Shown: positions 6,577 to 15,098 of the stretch, piece by piece | Position numbering within the stretch: the stretch's first letter is position 1 | Layout of the letters: each line of letters begins with the position of its first letter | Program-made: the position numbers and the translations under genes | NCBI GenBank assembly: GCA_016839785.1 | Contig: JAEOTQ010000144.1 | Span: 1 to 15,305, forward strand | From: Candidatus Hodarchaeota archaeon | GTDB taxonomy: Archaea; Asgardarchaeota; Heimdallarchaeia; Hodarchaeales; Hodarchaeaceae | Length of the DNA: 15,305 bases | Direction: 5' to 3' | Notes under the pieces: generated by a model | Database searches by the model: none | What the model was told of the DNA's origin: nothing | What the model saw: the letters and a program-made list of their open reading frames with translations, nothing else

Positions 6577-8121
6577 GTGAGTTTATTGAGTTACATCTTA
6601 GCCATAGATTCAGGTTCCACAGGAATCCGTGCTGTAGTATTTGACAAACAAGGTCAAATACTCGCCAAAGAATATCAAAAGACGCTTCCACTTACACCTC
6701 ATCCCAGGTGGGTGGAATATGATCCTGAAGAACTGTGGAATTCTTTATTGGAAGTTGTAACAAAAGTTTTTGCTACTTCCTCAATTTCTCCACAAGAAGT
6801 TGTAGCATTAGGAATTTGTAATCAACGTGCCACCTTTTGTTTATGGGAACGAGAGACAGGCAAGCCTATTACAAATTTTATTAGCTGGGCTGACACACGT
6901 AGTATATCAACAGTTGAAAAAATGAATAAAAACTGGAAATGGAGACTACTACGAAAATTTGCATGGATAGGAAGGGTTTTTGGTAATACAATGATGACTG
7001 CCACGACTATGTTACAATTCAATACCGATCATACCACTTCCCGGTTAAAATGGGTGCTAGATAATGAGGATGGCTTACGTAAACGATGCAGAAATGGTGA
7101 GATCATCTATGGAACTATCGATTCCTGGTTTGTTTACAAACTGACAGGAGGACAAATGCATGTAACTGACTTCAGTAACGCTGCCACTGGCCTTCTAAAC
7201 CCCTTTCAGTTAGTATGGAATCAGTATATACTTAGAATATTCGATATTCCTCAACAAATGTTCCCAGAAATAAAAGAGACTACCTCTACTTTTGGTACGA
7301 CTGATCCTTCACTGTTTCAAGGTGTGTCAATACCAATTGCTGCTGTAGCTGGAGATCAACAAGCGGCTCTTTTTGGACAGTGCTGCTTCAATCCAGGAGA
7401 TGTGAAAATCAGTCAGGGGAGTGGTGCATTTGTCGATATGCTTGTAGGTGATAAGGGACAACTTTCTAAACGTGGGTTATTGCCTTTAGTGGCTTGGGTG
7501 ATTGATGAACAACCAATGTATCTTTTAGAAGGCTACGTTGCCACAGCTGGCACATTAATCGATTGGTTAGGGGAAGGTATAGGATTGAGCGATACTCCGA
7601 AAATATTAAACGAGTTTGCAGCAAAATGTGATGATACTGAAGGAGTGATATTCATCCCTACCCCCTCTGGTATCCGATTTCCTTATTTTTCGGCTCATTC
7701 ACGAGCTACGATTATGGGGCTTTCATTGAATACCCATCGGGCGCATGTAGCTAGAGCAGTCTTTGAAGGGATAGCAATGAGAATTGTAGATATCCTTGAA
7801 GGCGTGGAACAAGATACAAAGATAGTAATCAAGTCTTTAAAAACTGATGGGGGGGTATCACAGTCAGATATACTATTACAACTTTTAGCTGACTTCGCCA
7901 ACTTGGAAGTACAACGTGCTCCAGAAGCAGATATGACTGCCACAGGGATTGCCTACTTAGCAGGTTTAAGTGTGGGTTTCTGGAAAGATCAGGATGAGTT
8001 ATCTCAATTATATCTGCGAAGTGAACCTACAATCTTCACACCAAATCTTGATTCAGGAAAAAGGGAGGAAAAGCGGAAAAAATGGAAAAAAGCTCTTCAG
8101 GCACTACTTTCAATAGGATAG
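6577..8121 (+). CDS. glpK: FGGY-family carbohydrate kinase, glycerol kinase (GK5-like)
   Basis: Motifs ILAIDSGSTGIRA, WVEYDP, GICNQRATF, GTIDSW, TDFSNA, GDQQAALFGQ, DGGVSQSD, AYLAGLSVGFW. The true start may be TTG 6586 (AGGTGA SD at 6575-6580) rather than GTG 6577. Confidence 0.9.
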   Translation: MSLLSYILAIDSGSTGIRAVVFDKQGQILAKEYQKTLPLTPHPRWVEYDPEELWNSLLEVVTKVFATSSISPQEVVALGICNQRATFCLWERETGKPITNFISWADTRSISTVEKMNKNWKWRLLRKFAWIGRVFGNTMMTATTMLQFNTDHTTSRLKWVLDNEDGLRKRCRNGEIIYGTIDSWFVYKLTGGQMHVTDFSNAATGLLNPFQLVWNQYILRIFDIPQQMFPEIKETTSTFGTTDPSLFQGVSIPIAAVAGDQQAALFGQCCFNPGDVKISQGSGAFVDMLVGDKGQLSKRGLLPLVAWVIDEQPMYLLEGYVATAGTLIDWLGEGIGLSDTPKILNEFAAKCDDTEGVIFIPTPSGIRFPYFSAHSRATIMGLSLNTHRAHVARAVFEGIAMRIVDILEGVEQDTKIVIKSLKTDGGVSQSDILLQLLADFANLEVQRAPEADMTATGIAYLAGLSVGFWKDQDELSQLYLRSEPTIFTPNLDSGKREEKRKKWKKALQALLSIG

Positions 8122-8227
8122 ATAGTAAACACCTATATTAAACGATCAATAATTCCGTGAGAAAAATACATTTGAGGAAGAAAAATCTCATCAAATACTG
8201 TATTTATTATCTTGATTCTCCCATAAT

Positions 8228-9181
8228 ATGATCATTGGAGAGACAGACTTGAGTATGACACAATTTAAGGCGATAATTGATCTTTTACGTTTTACACTTG
8301 GAATCTTAAGTAGTTTTGCCGTCCTCTCTGCTGGTTTTATTGTGTACGTCCTTGAGGGGAATAGTCCCGACTTTGTTTCATTCTTTTTTGAGAATGGAGT
8401 TCTGGAATGGCCAGGGATATTATTAGGTCTGTTTGCAACTATGCTCCTAACTTGGGGGAATCAAGCAGTAAACGATCTTTTTGATGTAGAAACAGATATT
8501 GCAAATCAACGCTTTGATCGTCCTTTGGCTCGGGGGGATCTTTCACATAATTTTGTAAAGATTCTGACCTTTCTGCTATTCTCAACGGCTGTGATCATAA
8601 TAGGTGGTCTTGTACTAGTGTATAAAGTTACTATTGCCCTATTTATATTTACTCTATTATTTGTAATAATTGGAGTAGGATATAATTTCGGTGTTAAACA
8701 ACTAGGATTTATTGGTAATATCTGGGTGGCTATAGGATATGTAGCACCGTTGTTTATAGGGTTCTTTATGCTAAGTCCCCAAGAAGCCTTAACTATCATG
8801 GCCTGTGCAATCATCTTGAACTCTACTTTCTTCATGAGTGTTGGTCGGGAAGTTATCAAAGATATTCAGGATTATGAGGGAGATAAACAACAGCATCTCA
8901 ATTCATTAGCAGTAAAATACGGGCCCAAAAATGCGAGTATTGTTGCAACTATCTTTTTTCTTATTACTATTTTATCCTCTCTTGTTGCAGGTATATTCGT
9001 GTACAAAAATCTGGTGTTTTGGGTTTTTGATGCTGGTTTTGCACTAATCCTTTTATTAACGAGTTATACCATTTTTGTAGAAAAGACTCAAGGTGGGAAG
9101 AAAGCACGAAAATATACACGTTGGTCATTATGGGTAGCCTTAGGCGCTTTTTTCTTTGGGATATTCTTTATTCCAACATAA
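8228..9181 (+). CDS. UbiA-family prenyltransferase, geranylgeranylglycerol-phosphate geranylgeranyltransferase (DGGGP synthase)-like
   Basis: First Asp-rich motif NQAVNDLFDVETD..N...RPLARG and second motif REVIKDIQDYEGD are typical of the DGGGPS subfamily. About 8-9 TM segments. Alternative start at ATG 8255. Confidence 0.88.
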   Translation: MIIGETDLSMTQFKAIIDLLRFTLGILSSFAVLSAGFIVYVLEGNSPDFVSFFFENGVLEWPGILLGLFATMLLTWGNQAVNDLFDVETDIANQRFDRPLARGDLSHNFVKILTFLLFSTAVIIIGGLVLVYKVTIALFIFTLLFVIIGVGYNFGVKQLGFIGNIWVAIGYVAPLFIGFFMLSPQEALTIMACAIILNSTFFMSVGREVIKDIQDYEGDKQQHLNSLAVKYGPKNASIVATIFFLITILSSLVAGIFVYKNLVFWVFDAGFALILLLTSYTIFVEKTQGGKKARKYTRWSLWVALGAFFFGIFFIPT

Positions 9182-9199
9182 TCATCGAGGTAACAATAA

Positions 9200-10582
9200 A
9201 TGGAACATTCAACAGAAAATACAACAACAGATAAATCGAAAATTCAGCTAAAAGATATTCTCTATGTTTTCGCAGTTCTTTTAATATTAGTATCATGCTT
9301 TGATTTATTAGGAACGATTTTCGCTCTTGGTATTACTTTTGGGAGTTTTACTGCTCTCATCCCACCGATAGGGGAGAATGAAACGATATACAATTTATTC
9401 CTGAATTTTGGTGCTCAAGTAGGAGCAATAATTGGATTTCTAATTTTATACAAATTGAGAAAAATCGAGCCAGAAGAGAAAAAGAATCCTAAGGGTCCCT
9501 TTATTCAAATCACATATGTGTTGCATGCCCTAGATTTAATTTTCATCCTAACTGTTGTATTAGCTGTTACCTATATCTTGGAAGAAATATTAGATGTCTC
9601 AACTACAGCTCCGACTTCGATAGAACCAACCCTAGCTTCATTAGGGGATCCCCTATTCTTTATACTTTTCTTTGGCGTTTTAGCGGTAGGTGCTCCAATC
9701 TGGGAAGAATTAGTTTTTAGACGCACATTAATACCAATGTTTGAGAGAAGAGGTTTTGGTCAAGCTTGGGCATTATTATTTACAAGTTTAATGTTCTCAT
9801 TACGGCATACGCCTACTGATCTATTTGAAGGGTCTCTAGGTTTTGCAATCTCTCATTTCTTTAGCACACTCATTGGAGGTTTAATGTTAGGGTTTTTGTA
9901 TCTGAGAACTAGAAACATATTTTGGCCAATATTACTGCACAGCATTACTAATTCCTTTTATGGACTTGCTCAAATTGCTAATACTGAGCTTGAAGCAGGA
10001 TTAGATATCTCAATGGCAATGATTGCTTCTTCTTATTGGCTTTTGATTGCAATAGGTGTTGGAGCTGTAGCAACGCTCTATTTTGGGGTGCAATTGGTGT
10101 TTAGAGGAAGAAGGCAATTCAAACCGATTTGGTTGCAGATAATTACAGAAACCAAGAACAGAACTAGCTCAATTCTTACTTTTTCTCTCTTGGTTATTGG
10201 TTTTATTCTCTTTTCAGGAGCTGTACCGATTTTTTTCGATTATGTTGCAGATTTAATGAATCCTACATCTGAATCTGGGGTATATTTAGTTTATATGTTT
10301 CAGATTTTCTTTTTTGCGATAGTAGTGGGCATTCTGGGACTTTTCATATTTAGAAAAGCTCAACCATTTACGAAACCGATCTTTGTCTCAACAAAGGTAG
10401 TAGATCCAACGGCCCAGATATTTATTCGTAAACCAGATTTCATTCCAACGGTTATTCCTGCTGATAGCGCACGATGCGTGTCTTGCGGTAATACTATATT
10501 ACCTAATGCAAAGTTTTGTGCTTTTTGTGGATCGGACCTCAGTATCGAAAGTGATGATCCAGATAAATGGGAAAAAATCTAA
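9200..10582 (+). CDS. CPBP/Abi (Rce1-like, type II CAAX) intramembrane glutamic protease with a C-terminal zinc ribbon
   Basis: Intact motifs APIWEELVFRR (EExxxR), FSLRH (FxxxH) and ILLHSITN (HxxxN). C-terminal CVSCG...AKFCAFCG zinc ribbon. GAGGT SD. Confidence 0.92.
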   Translation: MEHSTENTTTDKSKIQLKDILYVFAVLLILVSCFDLLGTIFALGITFGSFTALIPPIGENETIYNLFLNFGAQVGAIIGFLILYKLRKIEPEEKKNPKGPFIQITYVLHALDLIFILTVVLAVTYILEEILDVSTTAPTSIEPTLASLGDPLFFILFFGVLAVGAPIWEELVFRRTLIPMFERRGFGQAWALLFTSLMFSLRHTPTDLFEGSLGFAISHFFSTLIGGLMLGFLYLRTRNIFWPILLHSITNSFYGLAQIANTELEAGLDISMAMIASSYWLLIAIGVGAVATLYFGVQLVFRGRRQFKPIWLQIITETKNRTSSILTFSLLVIGFILFSGAVPIFFDYVADLMNPTSESGVYLVYMFQIFFFAIVVGILGLFIFRKAQPFTKPIFVSTKVVDPTAQIFIRKPDFIPTVIPADSARCVSCGNTILPNAKFCAFCGSDLSIESDDPDKWEKI

Positions 10583-10632
10583 GAAAAATATTTTGGAGAC
10601 CATTCTCCTAAAGGTTTCACTGGAGTCATAGT

Positions 10633-11946
10633 ATGAGAATAATTGGAAATAAGGGTATTGGGGAGCGATTACTTCCATTAAAATACCCTAATTTTGGAAA
10701 GCTGTTTATAGGTCAATTTATTTCCAATATTGGTTCTCAATTTTCATATATGGCACTCCAATTTCTTATTTTTGATTTAACGGGCGATTTAGTAATGATG
10801 GCTGTACTTGCTATCACGGAAGCCGTACCAATGATACTTATTGGACCCTTTGCTGGAGTAATGATAGATAGATATAATAGAAAATACATAATGGCAATAG
10901 CAAATGGACTTCAAGCAGTTGTGATACTTTTGATCCCAATTACATCTGTTTTTACGGGGAGTACTCGGATTGGAGCAATTTTAATCCTTGCATTCTTGAA
11001 TTCTGCTTTTGCTCGTTTCTTTTTTCCCGCTAGAGGAGCCTCTATTCCTAAATTAATCGAAAACAAAGATGATCTCTTTGGTGCCAATTCGCTTAGTGCA
11101 GGTGCTTACCAAACTTCAGCCCTTATTGGGCCCATGTTTGCAGGTATAATAATCGGATTATATGGCTATCAAATTCCCTTTGTTATTGATAGTTTTACCT
11201 TTATTTTCTCTTCACTATGCATTTTATGGATTTCTGTTCCATTAAAAGTGACTGAGCGTTCTAAACAAGGGCCGATTCAAGATTTAGTTGATGGAGCAAG
11301 ATACATCCGAGGGTTTCTCCCAATTTTATACCTCTTAGTTATTTTTTCGGTTTTAATGTTTGCAGGAGGTGCAACACTCTTCCTTATTGTTCCATTTCTG
11401 GAAATTGAATTTGGTTTAGCTTCTAGGGGGCCACGAGAATTCGTTTTTGGACTATTCTCTGCATTATCGGCGGGGGTGGGTATGCTGTTTGCAGTCTATT
11501 TATCGAGAAAAAAACAGCTACGAAGACCTATCACATTGATTACGTATTCTTTAGTTATAGCTGGAATTATGTTATTTGGATTTGGCATTGCTACTGAACT
11601 TTGGATGTTGGCACTCGCGTGGATCGGTTTTGGGACAATAGAAGTTGCTGTTGGCATACCCTTACAAACTATTGCTCAAGAAACAGTACCTGATAAATTA
11701 AGGGGAAAAGTATTCTCTTTTATTAATTTAGCAATTACTTTTTCACAGATAATTGGAATGGGATTTGTGAGCTTCTTGGCTGCAAGTCCTCTTGCATTAC
11801 GGGGAACATTTGCTGCAAGTGGACTTTTTATGGTACTTTTTGCATGTCTTGGGTTCCTCTTCATGAGAAGAAAGAAATTAGAAAGCATTGCGTTACAAAA
11901 ACGAGAAGAATTCCGTCAAAGGACAGGAGATCCTATTCCACCGTAG
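10633..11946 (+). CDS. MFS transporter (DHA3/MefA/EntS-like)
   Basis: About 12 TM segments, motif A GPFAGVMIDRYNRK, N-terminal FGKLFIGQFISNIGS and C-terminal QETVPDKLRGKVFS. GGAG SD. Confidence 0.93.
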   Translation: MRIIGNKGIGERLLPLKYPNFGKLFIGQFISNIGSQFSYMALQFLIFDLTGDLVMMAVLAITEAVPMILIGPFAGVMIDRYNRKYIMAIANGLQAVVILLIPITSVFTGSTRIGAILILAFLNSAFARFFFPARGASIPKLIENKDDLFGANSLSAGAYQTSALIGPMFAGIIIGLYGYQIPFVIDSFTFIFSSLCILWISVPLKVTERSKQGPIQDLVDGARYIRGFLPILYLLVIFSVLMFAGGATLFLIVPFLEIEFGLASRGPREFVFGLFSALSAGVGMLFAVYLSRKKQLRRPITLITYSLVIAGIMLFGFGIATELWMLALAWIGFGTIEVAVGIPLQTIAQETVPDKLRGKVFSFINLAITFSQIIGMGFVSFLAASPLALRGTFAASGLFMVLFACLGFLFMRRKKLESIALQKREEFRQRTGDPIPP

Positions 11947-13483
11947 AAGCATCAGTCAGCTTGGCATATTCTTTGACTTTGCCCTCTTCACTCGTCCCCT
12001 GTAAAACAAGGACATATTCAATACATCCTCTGGCCCGTTCTCTCCGTTGTGTCATATCATCGAGATTGCTAGTGATGTCTAAGTGAATAACAACATCTGC
12101 TTCCTCTAAGTTTAATCCCCTTCCACCAACAGGTGTGAATATCAGGACGTTAACATCTTCTTTCCGAAATTGATCTAGAATAATATGTCTAGATTCCTCT
12201 TTTGTCTTTCCAGAAAGGTATTTAACTCCTGGATATTGCAGAGTTTCTAATAGCATTTTCAATTGCTCACCCAAGGCGAGATACCGTGTAAATAAGAGTA
12301 CTTTTGCCCCTCGAATGATATGTTCATGAATAATGTTTATAGCTTTCTCAACTTTTGGATGAATCAATCCTCGAGTAGTTACCTCTTCAGGCTTATCATA
12401 ACGTGGTAGATCAACCCGATAAGAAATGATTTCTGAACTGACCTCTAAGAGAGATTGAAAGACTTCTTTGTTCTCATCTTTCTTGGTATATTTAAGATAT
12501 TCTCCTGGAGTGCTTTCAAGAAGTAGTAACCGCGCGTGCGTCAACTTAAAAAGTAAAGCAAAAGCGTTTATTAGTTGAATACGGTCATCATTCTTGGTGA
12601 CACGGTATTTACCAAGTTTAATTGGATATGCAACTTGTTCACCTCGTAATCGATCAAGAGCTCCTCCATATGACAGTTTAACAATTTCTAACCGACTTAA
12701 ATTAGGATCGAGGATTTCTTGAATGGTACCAACAGGCTTGGTCAGTAAATTTGAAATAGTTTGATCATTGTGAATATAATCTTCCCGATTAATTGGTTTA
12801 ATTTGGGTAATAGTTTCATAAGGGGATAAATCTAAACGAGACATTTGGTGGGCATCTTCCCCTAGAACCTGCATGATAAATTTAGCTTTATGTTGATCTC
12901 TTGTTCCAGACATGGCAAGAATAGGAAAATTGTTGCTTTTCCTCACCTGGAATAATTCTTGAAAATATTTAGATAAACGAAAACCCGACATCGAGCGTGC
13001 AAGGAGATCGGTAGCTTCATCAACAATACAAAGGGACATATTCTTGAAAATATCAACTTTCATCCGAGATTTGATCTGAAATCGATCATTCATAAGAGTT
13101 TGAATTGGGGAAAAGATGACATTCGATGCCTGGTACATTTTCATTTTTTGCGAGAGATTCAGGCCTTTTCCTCCCGTTTGAGGGTTAAAAAGATAACCTA
13201 GCTTATCTACAAAGCCAAATTCTTTTCCCATTTCCACAGCTTGGCGACAGCGCATACCAGCAGCTTCGCGTGCGGAAGTGAAAATGAACTGCTTTTTTGG
13301 TTCATCCAACTTTAGCCTTAACAGCACGAGAAGAGCAATAATAGTTTTTCCTGTCCCATAGGGGTAGTTTAACAAGATGGAATGTGAATCCTTGTGATGC
13401 GTGAGAATTTCTTGTACTGCCTGTAATTGATAATCTCGTTTGTCAATGGTCAATCCTTGAAGAAAGCTATTCAGTTTCTCCAT
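11933..13483 (-). CDS. SF2 DExD/H-box helicase, Hef/FANCM(Mph1)-like, with divergent motifs and no nuclease domain
   Basis: Q motif RDYQ, motif I YPYGTGKT, II IVDEAT, III MSGT, a helical insertion, HPK...KVLLFTRY (IV), TPVGGRGLNL (V) and QRRERAR (VI). The 3' end overlaps the MFS gene by 14 bp. Confidence 0.85.
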   Translation of the reverse strand: MEKLNSFLQGLTIDKRDYQLQAVQEILTHHKDSHSILLNYPYGTGKTIIALLVLLRLKLDEPKKQFIFTSAREAAGMRCRQAVEMGKEFGFVDKLGYLFNPQTGGKGLNLSQKMKMYQASNVIFSPIQTLMNDRFQIKSRMKVDIFKNMSLCIVDEATDLLARSMSGFRLSKYFQELFQVRKSNNFPILAMSGTRDQHKAKFIMQVLGEDAHQMSRLDLSPYETITQIKPINREDYIHNDQTISNLLTKPVGTIQEILDPNLSRLEIVKLSYGGALDRLRGEQVAYPIKLGKYRVTKNDDRIQLINAFALLFKLTHARLLLLESTPGEYLKYTKKDENKEVFQSLLEVSSEIISYRVDLPRYDKPEEVTTRGLIHPKVEKAINIIHEHIIRGAKVLLFTRYLALGEQLKMLLETLQYPGVKYLSGKTKEESRHIILDQFRKEDVNVLIFTPVGGRGLNLEEADVVIHLDITSNLDDMTQRRERARGCIEYVLVLQGTSEEGKVKEYAKLTDASTVE

Positions 13484-13517
13484 AACCGATCAAGCTCAAG
13501 GGTGTTAGGGGAGTCAC

Positions 13518-13526
13518 CTTTAAAAG
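13518..13526. promoter_or_regulatory. Candidate bidirectional TATA box
   Basis: CTTTAAAAG, with palindromic core TTTAAA at 13519-13524, sits at the centre of the 78-bp gap between the divergent ATGs at 13483 and 13562. Confidence 0.45.
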
Positions 13527-13561
13527 TACTTCAGTTACGATCTGATTTCGGATGGTATATT

Positions 13562-14062
13562 ATGGAGGAACTAATTGTTGCGATGCAAAAACGTCGTAAA
13601 GGTATTGTTTATTTACTGAAAATGATTCCCCTTGATATTTGGGACTGGAAACCTGGTTCAGGAATGAGAACTACCGCTGATTTAGCCAATCATTTGGCCT
13701 CAAGTCCATTAATGCTTCTTGAATTATTTAAAGGTGAACTGAAATCAGGAGAAGATTTTGCTGAACTCGAAAAGCAAAATTTTCCTATCAATGCCCAAGG
13801 ATTAGTGAAACTGTACGACGAGGGCCTTAAAAAGCTAATTACATATCTCGAGGACCATTTGGAAGGAGCACGAGAGAAAAATGTGAAGTTCTTTTATCAG
13901 GAAGAAAAGTCTTCATTGTACCATGAAATATTTGAAGAAATTGGTCATGAATGGTTTCATTCAGGGCAGTTGTTCACGTATTTAAGAATCAACAACGTTA
14001 CAGTAGATATGGGAGCCTATTATGGTTACAAGGATCCTGATGAAAGTATTCCGCCAAATTAG
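13562..14062 (+). CDS. DinB/YfiT-family four-helix metalloprotein
   Basis: WDWKPGSGMRTTADLANHLA and HEWFHSGQLFTYLR supply the family's His triad. The start is moved to ATG 13562 because the longer ORF overlaps the helicase head-to-head. Confidence 0.88.
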   Translation: MEELIVAMQKRRKGIVYLLKMIPLDIWDWKPGSGMRTTADLANHLASSPLMLLELFKGELKSGEDFAELEKQNFPINAQGLVKLYDEGLKKLITYLEDHLEGAREKNVKFFYQEEKSSLYHEIFEEIGHEWFHSGQLFTYLRINNVTVDMGAYYGYKDPDESIPPN

Positions 14063-14066
14063 ACTG

Positions 14067-14969
14067 CTAAGTAACTGTCTGGTCAATTGATAGGGGGAAT
14101 ACAATATTGAAGGTTGATTGAGTTAGCCAACAGCGGAGATTAAAATACGCTGCGATGTACTGAAAATAGTGGTTAATTAGGCGATAACTTTGTAACGAGG
14201 ACAAATAGTGATCATATGGAATACAGAAACTAAGTTTGGTCGAAACACGGTTTAACTGCTCTAATTCTATGGTCACAGGTTCTGTCTCAAACCATGTGAG
14301 AGTGGTAATGCAAAAATTTGCTAGGAAATGTTCACTTCCATATATCACAGGATTTGAGTTAAAATACGGCTCTTGGTATCCATCACCTGCTTGAACATGA
14401 AATCGGACTCTGGAAGGATCAGGAGAAGATCCCCAACTTTTTGAAATGACTCCTGATAATGTTGCGGGAGATAAAGGAGGAGGAGCACTTAAGAGCTGTA
14501 TAAAATCAGATGCAATAAGAGTACTCATTTTTTGTCGATGTGAGGCAGATCTAAGGGTTTCAAAAAGATAAGGAAGCGAGGAATTCGACGTTTCTTGTAT
14601 CAATCTTGTGCCAAGTCCCATGATTAGACTCGCAGTCCGGAGTTCATGGATAAGATCTTCAACCCACATTTGTTGATAGGGTAAAGGAACAGTTGTCGTT
14701 TTATTACAGGAATATACGTCATAAATTAAATGGGAATCTTCCATAAGATTGAAACTAACATCGTGAGTATTAAGCTGGGATAGGCGAGGGAATGACTGAG
14801 AAGGGTTAAGACCACTTATTTCCGCAAAAGATTGCGTGTAATAAAGGATTACATCGTCATCTGTGATGATATACGATTGAAAAGGATTAGTAAAGACTTT
14901 TTCAGTAGTGGATTGTTGATGAATTATAATCATCCCCTGGTTTTCTTGGTTTGGATTGGGTAATCTCAT
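14067..14969 (-). CDS. Hypothetical protein, degenerate PAS plus histidine-kinase-like
   Basis: SYIITDDDVILYYTQSFAEISGL resembles the start of a PAS domain and EDLIHELRT resembles a HisKA H-box. No recognisable N, G1 or G2 boxes. Confidence 0.6.
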   Translation of the reverse strand: MRLPNPNQENQGMIIIHQQSTTEKVFTNPFQSYIITDDDVILYYTQSFAEISGLNPSQSFPRLSQLNTHDVSFNLMEDSHLIYDVYSCNKTTTVPLPYQQMWVEDLIHELRTASLIMGLGTRLIQETSNSSLPYLFETLRSASHRQKMSTLIASDFIQLLSAPPPLSPATLSGVISKSWGSSPDPSRVRFHVQAGDGYQEPYFNSNPVIYGSEHFLANFCITTLTWFETEPVTIELEQLNRVSTKLSFCIPYDHYLSSLQSYRLINHYFQYIAAYFNLRCWLTQSTFNIVFPLSIDQTVT

Positions 14970-15098
14970 GCAAGACTTATATTATTGTAAGAATTGTGTT
15001 CAATCTATGTTTTAAGGTTCATAGGATCACAAGCATGCATATTTTCCGAATGAATGGTTATTACTAATGTGACATAATTGTACTCCATGAAATTAGCT

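Noticed and set aside
6500-8859. Minus-strand ORFs 6500..6691, 6822..7022, 7695..7943 and 8506..8859
   Set aside because: Short antisense shadows of the kinase and UbiA genes.
11676-12086. ORFs 11676..11888 (-) and 11844..12086 (+)
   Set aside because: They overlap the MFS and helicase genes and show no coding signal.
9200-13483. Anti-phage system (Abi-named protease plus helicase)
   Set aside because: The genes are convergent and separated by an MFS gene. No nuclease or effector is present, and the CPBP 'Abi' name does not imply abortive infection.
13427-13561. 45-aa N-terminal extension of the DinB ORF
   Set aside because: Overlaps the helicase start head-to-head and spans the likely promoter.
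13562-14062. dinB as DNA polymerase IV
   Set aside because: A 166-aa His-triad helical protein of the unrelated DinB/YfiT family, with no Y-family polymerase motifs.
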